DNA of 56,828 nt from Comamonadaceae bacterium (GCA_947476015.1 CANJOS010000001.1:1-56828), one strand, 5' to 3'. Counted from the first letter of the stretch, positions 9,377-19,989 are shown. Made by a program: numbers and translations. The notes: generated from the sequence alone by a model not told the origin.

Positions 9377-10366
9377 ATGACACTGATTTCGCCGCCTTTG
9401 AATTTTTCGCCCTCGGGTACCTTGCTTCCCGACCAAATGGCCATTCTTCAGGCAGAAGGTGCCGATGCGGCCACTTTTTTGCAGGGTCAGTTGACCCATG
9501 ATGTGATACTTCTTCCAGTGGGGCAGGCAAGGTTGGCTGGCTATTGCTCTGCCAAAGGTCGACTTTTGGCCAGTTTTTTGGTTTTGAAACTAAGTCCAGA
9601 CAAGTTTATTTTGATCTGCCACCAAGACTTGATTCAAGCCATGCAAAAAAGACTTTCCATGTTCGTGATGCGTGCCAAAGTTGTTTTGAGCGACGCCACC
9701 AGCCAATGCGGAATCAGGGGCTATTTGGGGGAAGCGGCAGAGGCAGTATTCCCAGACATCAAACTGTTGCCTTCTTGGTCGGTTTTATCATCAGCCGATC
9801 AGCATCTGATCGCCCTCCCGCCTGCCATCAGTGCCAGTCATCCCTGTTCACGCGCTTTGTGCATAGGACCTGCAAATTCAAACACTTCCTTAAGCTCGCT
9901 GCCAGATTCAATGCCCACGGTCACCCAAGAAGACTGGCTCATGGCTGAGGTTTTAGCAGGTGTGCCCCAAGTTCAGGCCGTTACATCCGATGCGTTTGTG
10001 CCGCAAATGCTGAACTACGAGTCAGTGAATGGTGTCAGTTTTAAAAAAGGTTGCTACCCCGGACAAGAAGTGGTGGCCCGAAGTCAATTCAGAGGAACCC
10101 TCAAGCGCCGTACTTTTTTAGTTTCAGGTGCTGAACGCATGACCGTTGGGCAAGAAATTTTCACACAAGATGATGCGGAACAAGCTTGCGGCACTGTGGT
10201 TAGCGCCGCATATCAACACCCCTCCAACGCCCAAGAAGTCAGTCCAGCATGGGCGCTTGTGTCGATGCAAATTGCCGCGCTTGCGCATTCATTGCATGTG
10301 GATAGCAGTCAGGGTTCAAGCTTGAAAGTATGGGCACTGCCCTACCCCTTGTTGGAAGACATTTAA
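9377..10366 (+). CDS. ygfZ: Folate-binding Fe-S assembly/repair protein YgfZ
   Basis: GADAATFLQGQLT and the KGCYPGQE signature. Start at ATG 9377. Confidence 0.93.
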   Translation: MTLISPPLNFSPSGTLLPDQMAILQAEGADAATFLQGQLTHDVILLPVGQARLAGYCSAKGRLLASFLVLKLSPDKFILICHQDLIQAMQKRLSMFVMRAKVVLSDATSQCGIRGYLGEAAEAVFPDIKLLPSWSVLSSADQHLIALPPAISASHPCSRALCIGPANSNTSLSSLPDSMPTVTQEDWLMAEVLAGVPQVQAVTSDAFVPQMLNYESVNGVSFKKGCYPGQEVVARSQFRGTLKRRTFLVSGAERMTVGQEIFTQDDAEQACGTVVSAAYQHPSNAQEVSPAWALVSMQIAALAHSLHVDSSQGSSLKVWALPYPLLEDI

Positions 10367-11223
10367 GCCAGCTTCAGACTCATTTCGATGTGTTCAATGC
10401 CAGCGTCCATGAACACATCGCCATGGGGTGCAAACCCCAGGCGCTTGTAAAAACCTTCTGCACTGCACTGGGCGTGCAAAATGACTTCGTGATCGCAGCG
10501 GCGGCGAGCTTCATCGATCAGGGTGTTCACAACTTTTTGCCCAAGGCCACTGCCCCGCAAAGATTTCGCAACCGCCATGCGCCCGATTTGAGAAACTCCG
10601 GGCCTGGGTTGTAACAGGCGCCCCGTTGCAACGGCTTGGCCCAGCTTGTTCACAATGACGACGTGAACGGCTGATTCATCGGCATCATCCCACTCCAATT
10701 CAGGTGCAATTTCTTGCTCCTCCACAAACACGGCGTAGCGCAAAGGTGACGCCAATAACTTCATGGCACTCCATGTGCCAATCTCCACATCGACCACCGA
10801 CTCGCCCGCTTCGTGGATGAGCAAAATATGCCTAAGCACTTCAGGAATAGGCTTGGAGGTTTGTGTTTGGGGATCGGCAAAGACGTAAATTAATTCGGTG
10901 GTGACAAGCAACTTATCACCGCGAAAAATAGCGCCTTCAAAGACCATGGAGGAGTTACCCATCCGGCTGCATTTCATGCCAATGCTGAGGTCATCGTCCA
11001 TGACGGCAGACGCATGGTATTCAAGGCTTGCTTTTTTGACATACAACTCACCGCCCATCAAGGGAAAGGCCGTTTCGTAGGGCAAGGCCACACACGCCCA
11101 ATAGGCTGCAATGGCCGTATCAAAGTACATCAAATAATGACCGTTGAAAACAATTTTTTGAATATCGACCTCTGCCCAACGGACGCGAAGGCGGTGATGA
11201 AAAAGAAAATCGCTGCGTTTCAT
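10363..11223 (-). CDS. YbgC/FadM-type acyl-CoA thioesterase fused to a GNAT (ElaA/YjcF-like) domain
   Basis: N-half RVRWAEVDIQKIVFNGHYLMYFD (hotdog fold). C-half LRYAVFVEEQ, IGRMAVAKSLRGSGLG, LHAQ...FYKRLGF, DAGIEH. Confidence 0.88.
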   Translation of the reverse strand: MKRSDFLFHHRLRVRWAEVDIQKIVFNGHYLMYFDTAIAAYWACVALPYETAFPLMGGELYVKKASLEYHASAVMDDDLSIGMKCSRMGNSSMVFEGAIFRGDKLLVTTELIYVFADPQTQTSKPIPEVLRHILLIHEAGESVVDVEIGTWSAMKLLASPLRYAVFVEEQEIAPELEWDDADESAVHVVIVNKLGQAVATGRLLQPRPGVSQIGRMAVAKSLRGSGLGQKVVNTLIDEARRRCDHEVILHAQCSAEGFYKRLGFAPHGDVFMDAGIEHIEMSLKLA

Positions 11224-11262
11224 AGAATCAAGCTCCGTTCAAAACACCAGACATTGCGCATC

Positions 11263-12234
11263 TTAAAGCAAGCGGCTAAAAGCCTGTCTGAGCGCGCGGC
11301 CGGCGTCGTCATGCGCTTGAAGAGCTTCTGGGATGACACGTCCCATATTGACAAATCCGTGCACCACGCCTTTGTAGATTTCAAGCTCTACGGGAACACC
11401 CGACATGCGAAGGAGATCTGCATAGGCAATGCCTTCGTCTACCAAGGGATCGCATTCCGCTAAACCAATCCAGGCAGGGGCCAATCCTTCATGGCTGGCC
11501 GCCAACATCGGCGCGAATCGCCAATCATCGCGATCTTTTTTGTCGATGTAGTGATCAAAAAACCAATCGACAGTGTCCTTGTCCAGCATGAAACCAGACT
11601 TGAATTTGTGATGTGACTCAGTTTCTTGTCGGGCGGCAGTGCCAGGGTAAATCAGCAATTGCAAAGCCAGAAAAAGTCCGGCGTCGCGTGCCAGATGAGC
11701 ACATACCGTGGCCAAAGTACCGCCTGCACTGTCGCCGCCAACGGCCAATGAACCCGCTAGGAGTTTCAACTGACCCGCGTTGTTTGCAACCCAATTCAGG
11801 GCATCCCATGCATCATGGGTGGCTGTTGGAAATCGATACTCCGGCGCCAATCGATAAGCCACAGACACCACCGCGCAATGCCCCTTTTTGGCCAACTCCC
11901 GACACAGTACATTGTGTGTTTGGATACTCCCAATGGTGAAGCCACCCCCATGAAAGTAGACCAAAGCTGGCAACGGAGTTTGCGATGAAGGCAAGGAGGG
12001 TGCAAAGAGTCTGGCATTTAAAAAATGGCCATCGCGCGCTGGTATTTTCAAATCTTCGACACGCAGCAGATGAGGCTCTGGCAAATCCAAGATACTGGCC
12101 GACATTTCGTAAAACAAGCGGGCCTGTTGAGCCGTCAAAAGGGACATGGGCGGTTTTCCGGCCCGTTCTATATTGCGCAAAACCAAGCGCATGCTTTCCG
12201 TTAAACGAGCGTGGGGGTCTGGATGTGAGCTCAT
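11263..12234 (-). CDS. HSL-family (family IV) esterase/lipase
   Basis: YFHGGG, YRLAPEYRFP, GDSAGG, CDPLVDEG, HGF. Confidence 0.92.
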   Translation of the reverse strand: MSSHPDPHARLTESMRLVLRNIERAGKPPMSLLTAQQARLFYEMSASILDLPEPHLLRVEDLKIPARDGHFLNARLFAPSLPSSQTPLPALVYFHGGGFTIGSIQTHNVLCRELAKKGHCAVVSVAYRLAPEYRFPTATHDAWDALNWVANNAGQLKLLAGSLAVGGDSAGGTLATVCAHLARDAGLFLALQLLIYPGTAARQETESHHKFKSGFMLDKDTVDWFFDHYIDKKDRDDWRFAPMLAASHEGLAPAWIGLAECDPLVDEGIAYADLLRMSGVPVELEIYKGVVHGFVNMGRVIPEALQAHDDAGRALRQAFSRLL

Positions 12235-12301
12235 GAGGATTTGCTTGTGATGTCAGACACCATTGTCACTGTTCCAAAGTATTTCAGTTGGCATCTCCGG
12301 C

Positions 12302-13396
12302 TCACAAGGCTTGGACGCATGCGATATCAGGTTTATCGAGCCACTCAGCAAATTCATCGGCCATTTGTTGACTTGCACTCACAGCAGATTGCCAAACTTT
12401 CACACGAGACTTCAGGTCTTGACCGTAGGTGTGAAAGTCGCTTCGATCGGGAAGCTTGCCGTTTGGCAAAGTTTTCAACCAATCTGAACGAGGCGCTAAC
12501 ACAATGGTATGGTTTAAGAAGTTGCTAGCCTGATGACGCCATTTCAAGCTTTTGTCCAGCCAGCCAGGGATCACTGATTTTTGAAAATGCGGATAAAGAA
12601 CCAAGGGTGCTGCGCTTGGGTCCGTTGCCATGGCATGCGTTTTCCACGCTAAGTGAAGATGGTAATCGGTGATACCACCATCCCAGTAAGCGCCCTTGGG
12701 CGCGCCTTCTATCTCATGCACAGCTTGGAGAACAAATGGAATAGCGCAACTGGCTTGCAACACATCCATGAAATTGAGTGCATTCAATTTCAGCGAGCGA
12801 GTGGCGTAGTCGTGAGTTTCAAAAGGCAGTTCACGGCCAGCTGATGAGAATACAACACGTTCCAGAAACGCCCCCATCCATCTTCTGTTGAATACATTGG
12901 TGATGAAGGCTGCACCATAGCCCAAAGGTGTCAGCAGGGGGTGTTCATGCTGCAGCAAGCCCTTTCCCCGCGAGGTCAGCACATGCAAACGGAATCGAGG
13001 GTGATTCAACAAGGTGTCAACGTGCCCTGCATAAAAGGCATCCAAATTCTGACGAAAGGAGTGACTCACTTGATGCGCGCTTGGAAATTTTTCACCAGGT
13101 TTCAATTCGTAGTGTTGATGCACGTAGTCGTGCTCTAGACGAAGCAGGCCTGCCTGACTGTCTTTCATGCAGGCAGTGGCCATGCGCCATGCGCCAATAG
13201 AGGCCCCAACAAGGTCGATGACCTGCTTACTTTGCGGCAGCCACTCATTGAACAAAAAACGATCCATGGGGCCCAAGATGAGTCCTTTGGGTCCTCCCGC
13301 GGCAGCAGGAATGACGCCAACATGCGCAGCTTGCAAGCCATGTTGACGCAAATGTTGCATCGCATCAGGCCCTGCATAAATGGCAAGTGATTTCAT
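12302..13396 (-). CDS. Patatin-like phospholipase
   Basis: AAGGPKG oxyanion loop, GASIG, ASCAIP, WDGG. Start taken at ATG 13396; the longer ORF overlaps tex. Confidence 0.85.
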   Translation of the reverse strand: MKSLAIYAGPDAMQHLRQHGLQAAHVGVIPAAAGGPKGLILGPMDRFLFNEWLPQSKQVIDLVGASIGAWRMATACMKDSQAGLLRLEHDYVHQHYELKPGEKFPSAHQVSHSFRQNLDAFYAGHVDTLLNHPRFRLHVLTSRGKGLLQHEHPLLTPLGYGAAFITNVFNRRWMGAFLERVVFSSAGRELPFETHDYATRSLKLNALNFMDVLQASCAIPFVLQAVHEIEGAPKGAYWDGGITDYHLHLAWKTHAMATDPSAAPLVLYPHFQKSVIPGWLDKSLKWRHQASNFLNHTIVLAPRSDWLKTLPNGKLPDRSDFHTYGQDLKSRVKVWQSAVSASQQMADEFAEWLDKPDIACVQAL

Positions 13397-13427
13397 ATGA
13401 GCAGATGCTGAAAGCTGATCTGTTGCT

Positions 13428-15782
13428 TTAGGCAGAGCCCTTGCTTTGTAATTTTGCAAAGGCTGAAGCCATGGCACTTTGACCCAAGTGGGGCGTTTGA
13501 TTAGGGCCTTGCGATCGGGGGCTTGAAGAACGCTGAGGGCCTGCGCCTTCGAAGCGGTTCTCTCGGGTCCGTTGGGCATTCGAGGGGGCTGCGTCGGAAA
13601 GCTTCATGCTGAGCCCAATTCTTTTTCGGACCACGTCAACCTCGGTCACTTTAACTTTGACGATGTCACCTGTTTTCACCACTTCACGGGCATCCGTCAC
13701 AAATTTGTGACTGAGTTGACTGACATGTACCAAACCATCTTGGTGAACGCCTAAATCAACGAATGCACCGAAGGCCGCGACATTGCTCACGGTGCCTTCC
13801 AAAATCATGCCTTCTTTCAAGTCTCGAATGTCGTCAACACCTTCATTGAAGCGTGCAACTTTGAAATCAGGCCTTGGATCACGGCCAGGCTTTTCAAGTT
13901 CAAGCAGAATATCTTGAACTGTGATGACGCCAAACTTTTCATTGGCAAACAATTCGGGGCGCAGCGTTTTCAGCATGTCAGCTCGGCCCATGAGGTTTTC
14001 AACCGGTTGTGCCACTTTGGCCAGAATGGCCTCAACGACGGGATAGGTTTCCGGATGAACACCTGTCATGTCCAAGGGATTGTCGCCACCTCGAATGCGC
14101 AAGAACCCTGCACTTTGCTCAAAGGTCTTGGCGCCAAGCCCTGTGACCTTGAGTAAATCTTGGCGGCTTTTAAAAGCACCATGGGCTTCACGCCAACGAA
14201 CCACGGACTTGGCAACACTGCCTGACAAACCAGAAACACGTGACAACAATGGAACACTTGCGGTGTTGAGGTCAACCCCCACGGCATTCACGCAATCTTC
14301 TATGACAGCTTCCAGAGTTCGTGCCAGTTCTGTTTGATTAACATCGTGTTGGTACTGCCCTACCCCAATCGATTTGGGATCGATTTTCACAAGTTCAGCC
14401 AGTGGGTCTTGCAAACGACGCGCAATGCTGGCGGCCCCTCTCAAACTGACATCGACATCCGGCATTTCTTGGCTGGCAAATTCACTGGCCGAATAAACCG
14501 ATGCCCCTGCTTCGCTGACCACCACTTTTTGAATATCGATGCCATTGGGTGTTTGCAGTTGCTTGATCAGGTCTGCTGCTAATTTGTCGGTTTCTCGACT
14601 GGCGGTGCCGTTGCCAATGGCAATCAAATTGACGCCATGTCGCTGGGCGCATTTGAGCAAGGTGTGCAGTGCGCCGTCCCAATCGCGTCGCGGCTCATGC
14701 GGATAAACGGTGGTGGTCTCTACCAATTTCCCAGTGGCATCTACCACCGCCACTTTCACACCAGTTCGAATGCCGGGATCCAAACCCATCACAACCTTAG
14801 CTCCAGCAGGGGCTGCAAGCATCAAATCTCGCAAGTTGTCTGCAAACACTTTGATGGCCACTTTTTCAGCGTCTTCCCGAAGCCGGCCAAACAAATCGCG
14901 CTCTAAGGAAAGGCTAAGTTTGACTCGCCATGTCCACAAAATGGTTTTTCGAATCAGGTCATCGGAGGGTCGCGAACTGTGCGTCCATTGAAGGTGAACA
15001 GCCATTCTCCCTTCAGCCAAAGCACTTAAACCGAGCTCAGGTAAGCTGAGTTTGGCATCTAAGAACTCTAATGCTCGGCCGCGAAACAGAGCCAAGGCCC
15101 GGTGTGAAGGCACTTTGCCAATGGGTTCACTGTAATCAAAATAGTCTCTGAATTTGGCCACTTCAACTTGATTCTCATCTTTGCCGGAAGCTAACTGACT
15201 GCAGAATAAACCTTCTTTCCAGAGCCACTCGCGAAGGGTCTGAATCAGGACAGCGTCTTCAGCCCAGCGTTCCGACAAAACATCGCGAACGCCATCCAAA
15301 ACGGCCTGAACAGTTGAAAAATCAGCCCCTTCGATAGCATCAGCAGGTTTTAAATACGCCAGAGCTTCATCTTGTGGGTTCAATGCAGGATCAAGCCAAA
15401 GGGCATCGGCCAATGCGTCAATGCCAGCCTCTTTGGCGATCATGCCCTTGGTTCTGCGTTTGGGTTTATAGGGCAAGTACAGGTCTTCCAAGTCTTGCTT
15501 GGTGTTGGCATTGTGAATGGCACTTTGCAACTCAGGCGTGAGTTTGCCTTGATCATCAATGCTCTTCAGAACAGCAGCACGGCGCTCTTCAAGTTCGCGC
15601 AAATAGCCCAATCGATATTCAAGTTCGCGCAATTGAATATCGTCCAATCCCCCTGTCACTTCTTTGCGATAGCGCGCAATGAAGGGAACGGTAGCGCCAC
15701 CATCGAGTAAATTGACAGCGGCCAGAACTTGTTCTGGGCGAATCTTAATCTCAGTGGCCAATTGGCCCAGTATTTTCTTCAT
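13428..15782 (-). CDS. tex: Tex (YhgF) transcription accessory protein with C-terminal S1 domain
   Basis: TVPFIARYRKE, GLDPGIRTGVK, IGNGTASRET, IGVGQYQHDV, S1 motif FGAFVDLGVHQDGLVHVS. Confidence 0.95.
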   Translation of the reverse strand: MKKILGQLATEIKIRPEQVLAAVNLLDGGATVPFIARYRKEVTGGLDDIQLRELEYRLGYLRELEERRAAVLKSIDDQGKLTPELQSAIHNANTKQDLEDLYLPYKPKRRTKGMIAKEAGIDALADALWLDPALNPQDEALAYLKPADAIEGADFSTVQAVLDGVRDVLSERWAEDAVLIQTLREWLWKEGLFCSQLASGKDENQVEVAKFRDYFDYSEPIGKVPSHRALALFRGRALEFLDAKLSLPELGLSALAEGRMAVHLQWTHSSRPSDDLIRKTILWTWRVKLSLSLERDLFGRLREDAEKVAIKVFADNLRDLMLAAPAGAKVVMGLDPGIRTGVKVAVVDATGKLVETTTVYPHEPRRDWDGALHTLLKCAQRHGVNLIAIGNGTASRETDKLAADLIKQLQTPNGIDIQKVVVSEAGASVYSASEFASQEMPDVDVSLRGAASIARRLQDPLAELVKIDPKSIGVGQYQHDVNQTELARTLEAVIEDCVNAVGVDLNTASVPLLSRVSGLSGSVAKSVVRWREAHGAFKSRQDLLKVTGLGAKTFEQSAGFLRIRGGDNPLDMTGVHPETYPVVEAILAKVAQPVENLMGRADMLKTLRPELFANEKFGVITVQDILLELEKPGRDPRPDFKVARFNEGVDDIRDLKEGMILEGTVSNVAAFGAFVDLGVHQDGLVHVSQLSHKFVTDAREVVKTGDIVKVKVTEVDVVRKRIGLSMKLSDAAPSNAQRTRENRFEGAGPQRSSSPRSQGPNQTPHLGQSAMASAFAKLQSKGSA

Positions 15783-15840
15783 CTCGTCGACGTACTTTGC
15801 TGTCAAAACGTCGAGTTTGCCACACTCTGAGCGCTTGATT

Positions 15841-16743
15841 TCAGCTTCGCAGTTCGGCTTTCAATTTGTCGCCAATGTCGGGCCTGGCTTCAAAAGGATT
15901 GGGTGGATTTTTTTGCTGAACAATGGCTTCCATGCGGGTTTGAACATTGTCCAAGGCATGTGGATGGCTGTAAATATAAAACTGATCTTGAGCAATGGCT
16001 TCAAACACCATGTGCGCCGTGTCTGCCGCAGAAACTTTTCCGCTGTTTACCGCCTTATCGCTCATAGCTTGGCCAATCAATTGGCTTTTTGTCGCCTTTT
16101 GATGGGGCAAATTTGAAGGTCTATTTCGATGACTTTGGCTGATGCCGGTTGGCACAAAGTAAGGACACAAGACACTGGCACTGACCTGGTCTGTGACCAA
16201 TTTCAAATCTTGATAGAGTGTTTCTGTCAAAGCCACCACAGCGTGCTTACTGACGTTATAAACACCCATGTTGGGGGCTGTGAGGATTCCCGCCATGCTG
16301 GCTGTATTCACCACGTGGCCTTCATAGTTGGGGTCAGCCTTGGCTGCAGCCAGCATCATGGGCGTGAACAATCGAACGCCATGCACCACGCCCCACACAT
16401 TCACGCCCAATACCCATTGCCAATCAGCAACGGAGTTTTCCCAAATTAAGCCGCCAGACCCCACGCCAGCATTGTTAAAAACGAAGTGGGGGGCACCGAA
16501 CGTTACTTCTACTAAATTTGCCAAGTTCTCCATTTCAGAAGCACTGGAAACATCCACTTTTTGAGCCAAGACCTGAACGCCTGTTGCTTTGATTTCAGCT
16601 TTCGCTTTGTCTAAAGCGTCTTCTTGAACATCGACCAAAACCACATTCATTTTCATGCTTGCGGCAATCCGAGCGCATTCCAGCCCAAAGCCTGACGCGC
16701 CACCGGTCAAGACGGCTGTTTTGTTGGCAAAGTTTCGAATCAT
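15841..16743 (-). CDS. Short-chain dehydrogenase/reductase
   Basis: TGGASGFG, NNAGV, NTAS, YNVSK. Confidence 0.92.
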   Translation of the reverse strand: MIRNFANKTAVLTGGASGFGLECARIAASMKMNVVLVDVQEDALDKAKAEIKATGVQVLAQKVDVSSASEMENLANLVEVTFGAPHFVFNNAGVGSGGLIWENSVADWQWVLGVNVWGVVHGVRLFTPMMLAAAKADPNYEGHVVNTASMAGILTAPNMGVYNVSKHAVVALTETLYQDLKLVTDQVSASVLCPYFVPTGISQSHRNRPSNLPHQKATKSQLIGQAMSDKAVNSGKVSAADTAHMVFEAIAQDQFYIYSHPHALDNVQTRMEAIVQQKNPPNPFEARPDIGDKLKAELRS

Positions 16744-17675
16744 GGCGCGACCTTTTTCAAAATAAATCCGTTGCGTGGAAAGTGCACATGCACTTTTCCA
16801 CAGCGATCGTCTTGGCGTTGCAGGGTGATGCGCGTTTTGGTGGCAGCCACCAAAATACCCTGAGTAGGCTCTAAACCGAAGTTATCTGCTGACACCACGA
16901 CGTCTGAGCCCAATGGAATGCCGTGTTCGTCGTGAAATGCGTGATTTGCCACATTGGCAGGTTCCGAATTTTTAGCCACCTCAATGGCCTCAAGGGGTTT
17001 CATTCGCTCTGAAGCTGGGTGACCCATGGCTTTCATCCGAGCCATCCAATCTTTCAAGAGGGGTGCCGCATCCAATATGCCGGCCAAACTGGGCGTTCGT
17101 TCCAAAGTGAACCACAGCGGATGGTAGGCAGAAAAATCTGCAATGCTGGGATCATTCCCCATTAAAAAAGCATGCTCTGTCAACATGTCTGACAAACGGC
17201 GAAGGTAACTTTTGTAAGTGCTCTGCGCCTCGCCCAATGCCATGCGAGCAGCGCCACTTCGCATGGCAGCACGATCAGCCACAAATGCCTTGATCGCATC
17301 TTCTGGCACATCCTTAAACACTTGAGCCACACCCAAAGGTTGAAAATTGTAGGCCATGGCTGCTGGAAAAACCAAGCTATCTGCCCATTGAGACACGATG
17401 CGCGATGCTCCGTTAACAGACCCAGGGTAAAGACTTGGCTTCGGTTGAATTTTTTCAAGCACATCTGCAATGAGTGCTGTATCGCAATAGATGTCCGCAC
17501 CCATTTGGAGAACAGGTGTTCGCCGGTAGCCCCCCGTGAGAGCCGTTAAATCAGGCTTGGGCATGATCATGGGAATGACCACGCTGTGCCAAGGTAAATT
17601 TTTAAAACCAAAAATCAGGCGAATTTTTTCTGCAAACGGCGACGTGGGGTAATGGTGCAAGATAAGTTGTGTCAT
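16740..17675 (-). CDS. Glutathione S-transferase family protein with C-terminal extension
   Basis: HHYPTSPFAEKIR, GGYRRTPVLQ, CDTALI, PSIADF, VHVHFPR. Confidence 0.88.
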   Translation of the reverse strand: MTQLILHHYPTSPFAEKIRLIFGFKNLPWHSVVIPMIMPKPDLTALTGGYRRTPVLQMGADIYCDTALIADVLEKIQPKPSLYPGSVNGASRIVSQWADSLVFPAAMAYNFQPLGVAQVFKDVPEDAIKAFVADRAAMRSGAARMALGEAQSTYKSYLRRLSDMLTEHAFLMGNDPSIADFSAYHPLWFTLERTPSLAGILDAAPLLKDWMARMKAMGHPASERMKPLEAIEVAKNSEPANVANHAFHDEHGIPLGSDVVVSADNFGLEPTQGILVAATKTRITLQRQDDRCGKVHVHFPRNGFILKKVAP

Positions 17676-17716
17676 GCTTTAACTTTCATAGCGTACTCAA
17701 AGAGTCTTCTGGCTGT

Positions 17717-18733
17717 TCAAATCAGTTTCACCAATTGTTTGCCAAAGTTCTGTCCTTTGAGCAAACCCATGAAGGCCTCAGGCGCTGCTGCAAGACCTTG
17801 TGTCACTGTTTCTTTAGGTGCAAACCTTTTGCTGGCAATCAAATTTGAAAGCTCTGCCAATGCCTCTGGCCAGACTTCCATGTGCTCGCTCACAATGAAA
17901 CCTTCTAGGGTCATTCGACTTCTCAGAATCACAGAGGGGTTGGTCATGACCAAGGGCTCCCCGTTGTAGCCTGCAATCATGCCGCAGACAGCAATGCGGG
18001 CAAAATCATTCACCCTGAGCATCACGGCATCCAATACCATACCGCCCACATTTTCAAAGTGACCATCGATGCCATTCGGGCATGCCTCTTTCAGCGCTTT
18101 AGCCAAAGACACATAGTCTGGGTGTTCTTTGTAATCGATGCAGGCATCAAATCCCAACTCATTGACCACGTAGTGACATTTGGCTTTTCCCCCCGCGATG
18201 CCAACGACTCGCAACCCGCGAGCTTTGGCCAATGCACCGAAGGCACTGCCAACCGCACCACTGGCAGCACTCACAGTCACGGTGGATCCAGGTTTGGCAT
18301 GAATGATTTTGACCAAACCGTACCAAGCGGTGACACCCGGCATTCCCACCGCACCTAAATAGTGACTGATGGCAATTTTTTCAGTGTCAATGTGTTTCAG
18401 AGCCCCTGGCAAAGTGGCATTGATCACACTGTATTCTTGCCATCCCCCCATGCACAGAACGGTTTCGCCCATTTTAAATTTGGGATGATGACTTTCCACC
18501 ACTTCGCCAACGGTTCCACCAATCATGACTTCACCCAAGGGCTGAGGTTGTGCATAGTTTTTGCCGGCATTCATGCGGCCGCGCATGTAAGGATCAAGGC
18601 TTAAAAAATGATGCCTCACTAAAACCTGGCCTTCTTGAAGCGCAGGTGTTTCCGCTGTGATCATTTTGAAATTACCAGCCGAAGGCGCTGCTTCGGGACG
18701 ATGGTCTAAAACGATGATGTGATTGGTCGGCAT
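17717..18733 (-). CDS. NADP-dependent oxidoreductase (MDR; CurA/prostaglandin reductase family)
   Basis: LSLDPYMRGRM, GMPGVTAWYG, AASGAVGS, FENVGG, GQNFGK. Confidence 0.92.
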   Translation of the reverse strand: MPTNHIIVLDHRPEAAPSAGNFKMITAETPALQEGQVLVRHHFLSLDPYMRGRMNAGKNYAQPQPLGEVMIGGTVGEVVESHHPKFKMGETVLCMGGWQEYSVINATLPGALKHIDTEKIAISHYLGAVGMPGVTAWYGLVKIIHAKPGSTVTVSAASGAVGSAFGALAKARGLRVVGIAGGKAKCHYVVNELGFDACIDYKEHPDYVSLAKALKEACPNGIDGHFENVGGMVLDAVMLRVNDFARIAVCGMIAGYNGEPLVMTNPSVILRSRMTLEGFIVSEHMEVWPEALAELSNLIASKRFAPKETVTQGLAAAPEAFMGLLKGQNFGKQLVKLI

Positions 18734-18755
18734 GATGAATTGAAAGTAATGTGAG

Positions 18756-19181
18756 TTAAATGACCTTTGAATGACCACGCGGGCCAGGCCTTGGTGTGTA
18801 TTTGAAGGTGGCCGTTGAATGTGCGCAAAGTTGACCGCTTGGATCAAAAATAAAACCCTCGGTAAAGGCCATATTTTGAGTTCGATGCAACAACTTGCCT
18901 TTGGCCACCAAGTGCTCTTCAGGACCTGATTTAGCAGGTCTCATGAAACTGGTTTTCATTTCTATCGTCATGACAGCAAACTCTGGGTCCATGCTTCTGG
19001 CTGCGCCGGCCATGACCACATCCATGAGGGTCATGATGGCACCACCGTGGGTGGTTTCTAGAAAGTTCAAATGCTCTGGCTTAGGGCTGTAATGAACTTC
19101 AGCTTCACCGTTTTCAAATTTTTCTAAGGTAAATCCAAGTAATTGGACGAAAGGAACTTGGAGACTGAATGGCATGCTCAT
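18756..19181 (-). CDS. PaaI family hotdog thioesterase
   Basis: HLN...HGGAIMTLMD, TIEMKTSFMRP. Confidence 0.88.
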   Translation of the reverse strand: MSMPFSLQVPFVQLLGFTLEKFENGEAEVHYSPKPEHLNFLETTHGGAIMTLMDVVMAGAARSMDPEFAVMTIEMKTSFMRPAKSGPEEHLVAKGKLLHRTQNMAFTEGFIFDPSGQLCAHSTATFKYTPRPGPRGHSKVI

Positions 19182-19197
19182 GAGAGATTCGCCGTCA

Positions 19198-19989
19198 TTA
19201 ACCGCCAATGATGGCACTCACGCCACCATCGACTGCCAACCACTGCCCCGTGATGTGTTTGCCTGCATCACTGGCGTAAAGCAAAGTGAGTCCTTTTAAA
19301 TCTTCGTCATCTCCAAGGCGCTTTAACGGAGCGTGGCTTGCCATGACATCTGCGCCTACTTTGTCCAACAAGCCTTGGCTCATCTTGCTAGGGAAAAATC
19401 CAGGACAAATGGCATTCACCGTAATGCCATAAACGCCCCACTCACCCCCCAATGCTTTTGTGAAATTCACGACAGCGCCTTTTGAAGTGTTGTAGGCAAT
19501 GGTTTGCATTTCGGGTGGGTTGCCAGCCAAGCCTGCAATGGATGAAATGTTGATGATGCGTCCTTTGCCGTTGGGAATCATGGACAAATTGGCAACTTCT
19601 TGCGACAAAATAAAATAGCCCCGCACATTGAGGTTCATCACTTTGTCCCATGCAGTCACAGGATGCGACGCAGCAGGTGCTCCCCAAGAGGCGCCGGCAT
19701 TGTTGATCAAAATGTCAATGCGGCCCATCCTCTGCACAGTTTCTTGCGCCAAACGGCGAATGTCATCTTCTCTGCCGCAGTCTGCCGCAATGTAATCTGC
19801 ATCAATGCCGGCAGCCTTTAATTCGGCAACAGCCTCTTGAAGGTCCTCGGCTTTGCGTGAACTGAGCATGAGCCGAGCGCCTGCTTCACCTAAAGCATGG
19901 GCCATTTGCAAGCCTAAGCCTCTAGAGCCGCCAGTGATCAGGGCGGTCTGTCCGCTCAAATCAAAAAGTTGATGAATGGTGCGTGTCAT
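19198..19989 (-). CDS. SDR oxidoreductase (gluconate 5-dehydrogenase-like subfamily)
   Basis: LFDLSGQTALITGGSRGLG, NNAG, YNTSK, PGFFPS. AAGGAA upstream of ATG 19989. Confidence 0.9.
   Translation of the reverse strand: MTRTIHQLFDLSGQTALITGGSRGLGLQMAHALGEAGARLMLSSRKAEDLQEAVAELKAAGIDADYIAADCGREDDIRRLAQETVQRMGRIDILINNAGASWGAPAASHPVTAWDKVMNLNVRGYFILSQEVANLSMIPNGKGRIINISSIAGLAGNPPEMQTIAYNTSKGAVVNFTKALGGEWGVYGITVNAICPGFFPSKMSQGLLDKVGADVMASHAPLKRLGDDEDLKGLTLLYASDAGKHITGQWLAVDGGVSAIIGG

Noticed and set aside
9251-9530. Apparent ~280-bp head-to-head overlap of the mltG and ygfZ ORFs
   Set aside because: Artefact of longest-ORF start choice. Starts at 9332 (or 9251) and 9377 remove the overlap.
13397-13579. 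N-terminal extension of the patatin ORF overlapping tex
   Set aside because: Family-like sequence begins at MKSLAIYAG (13396). The extension is an open alternative frame of the tex 3' end.
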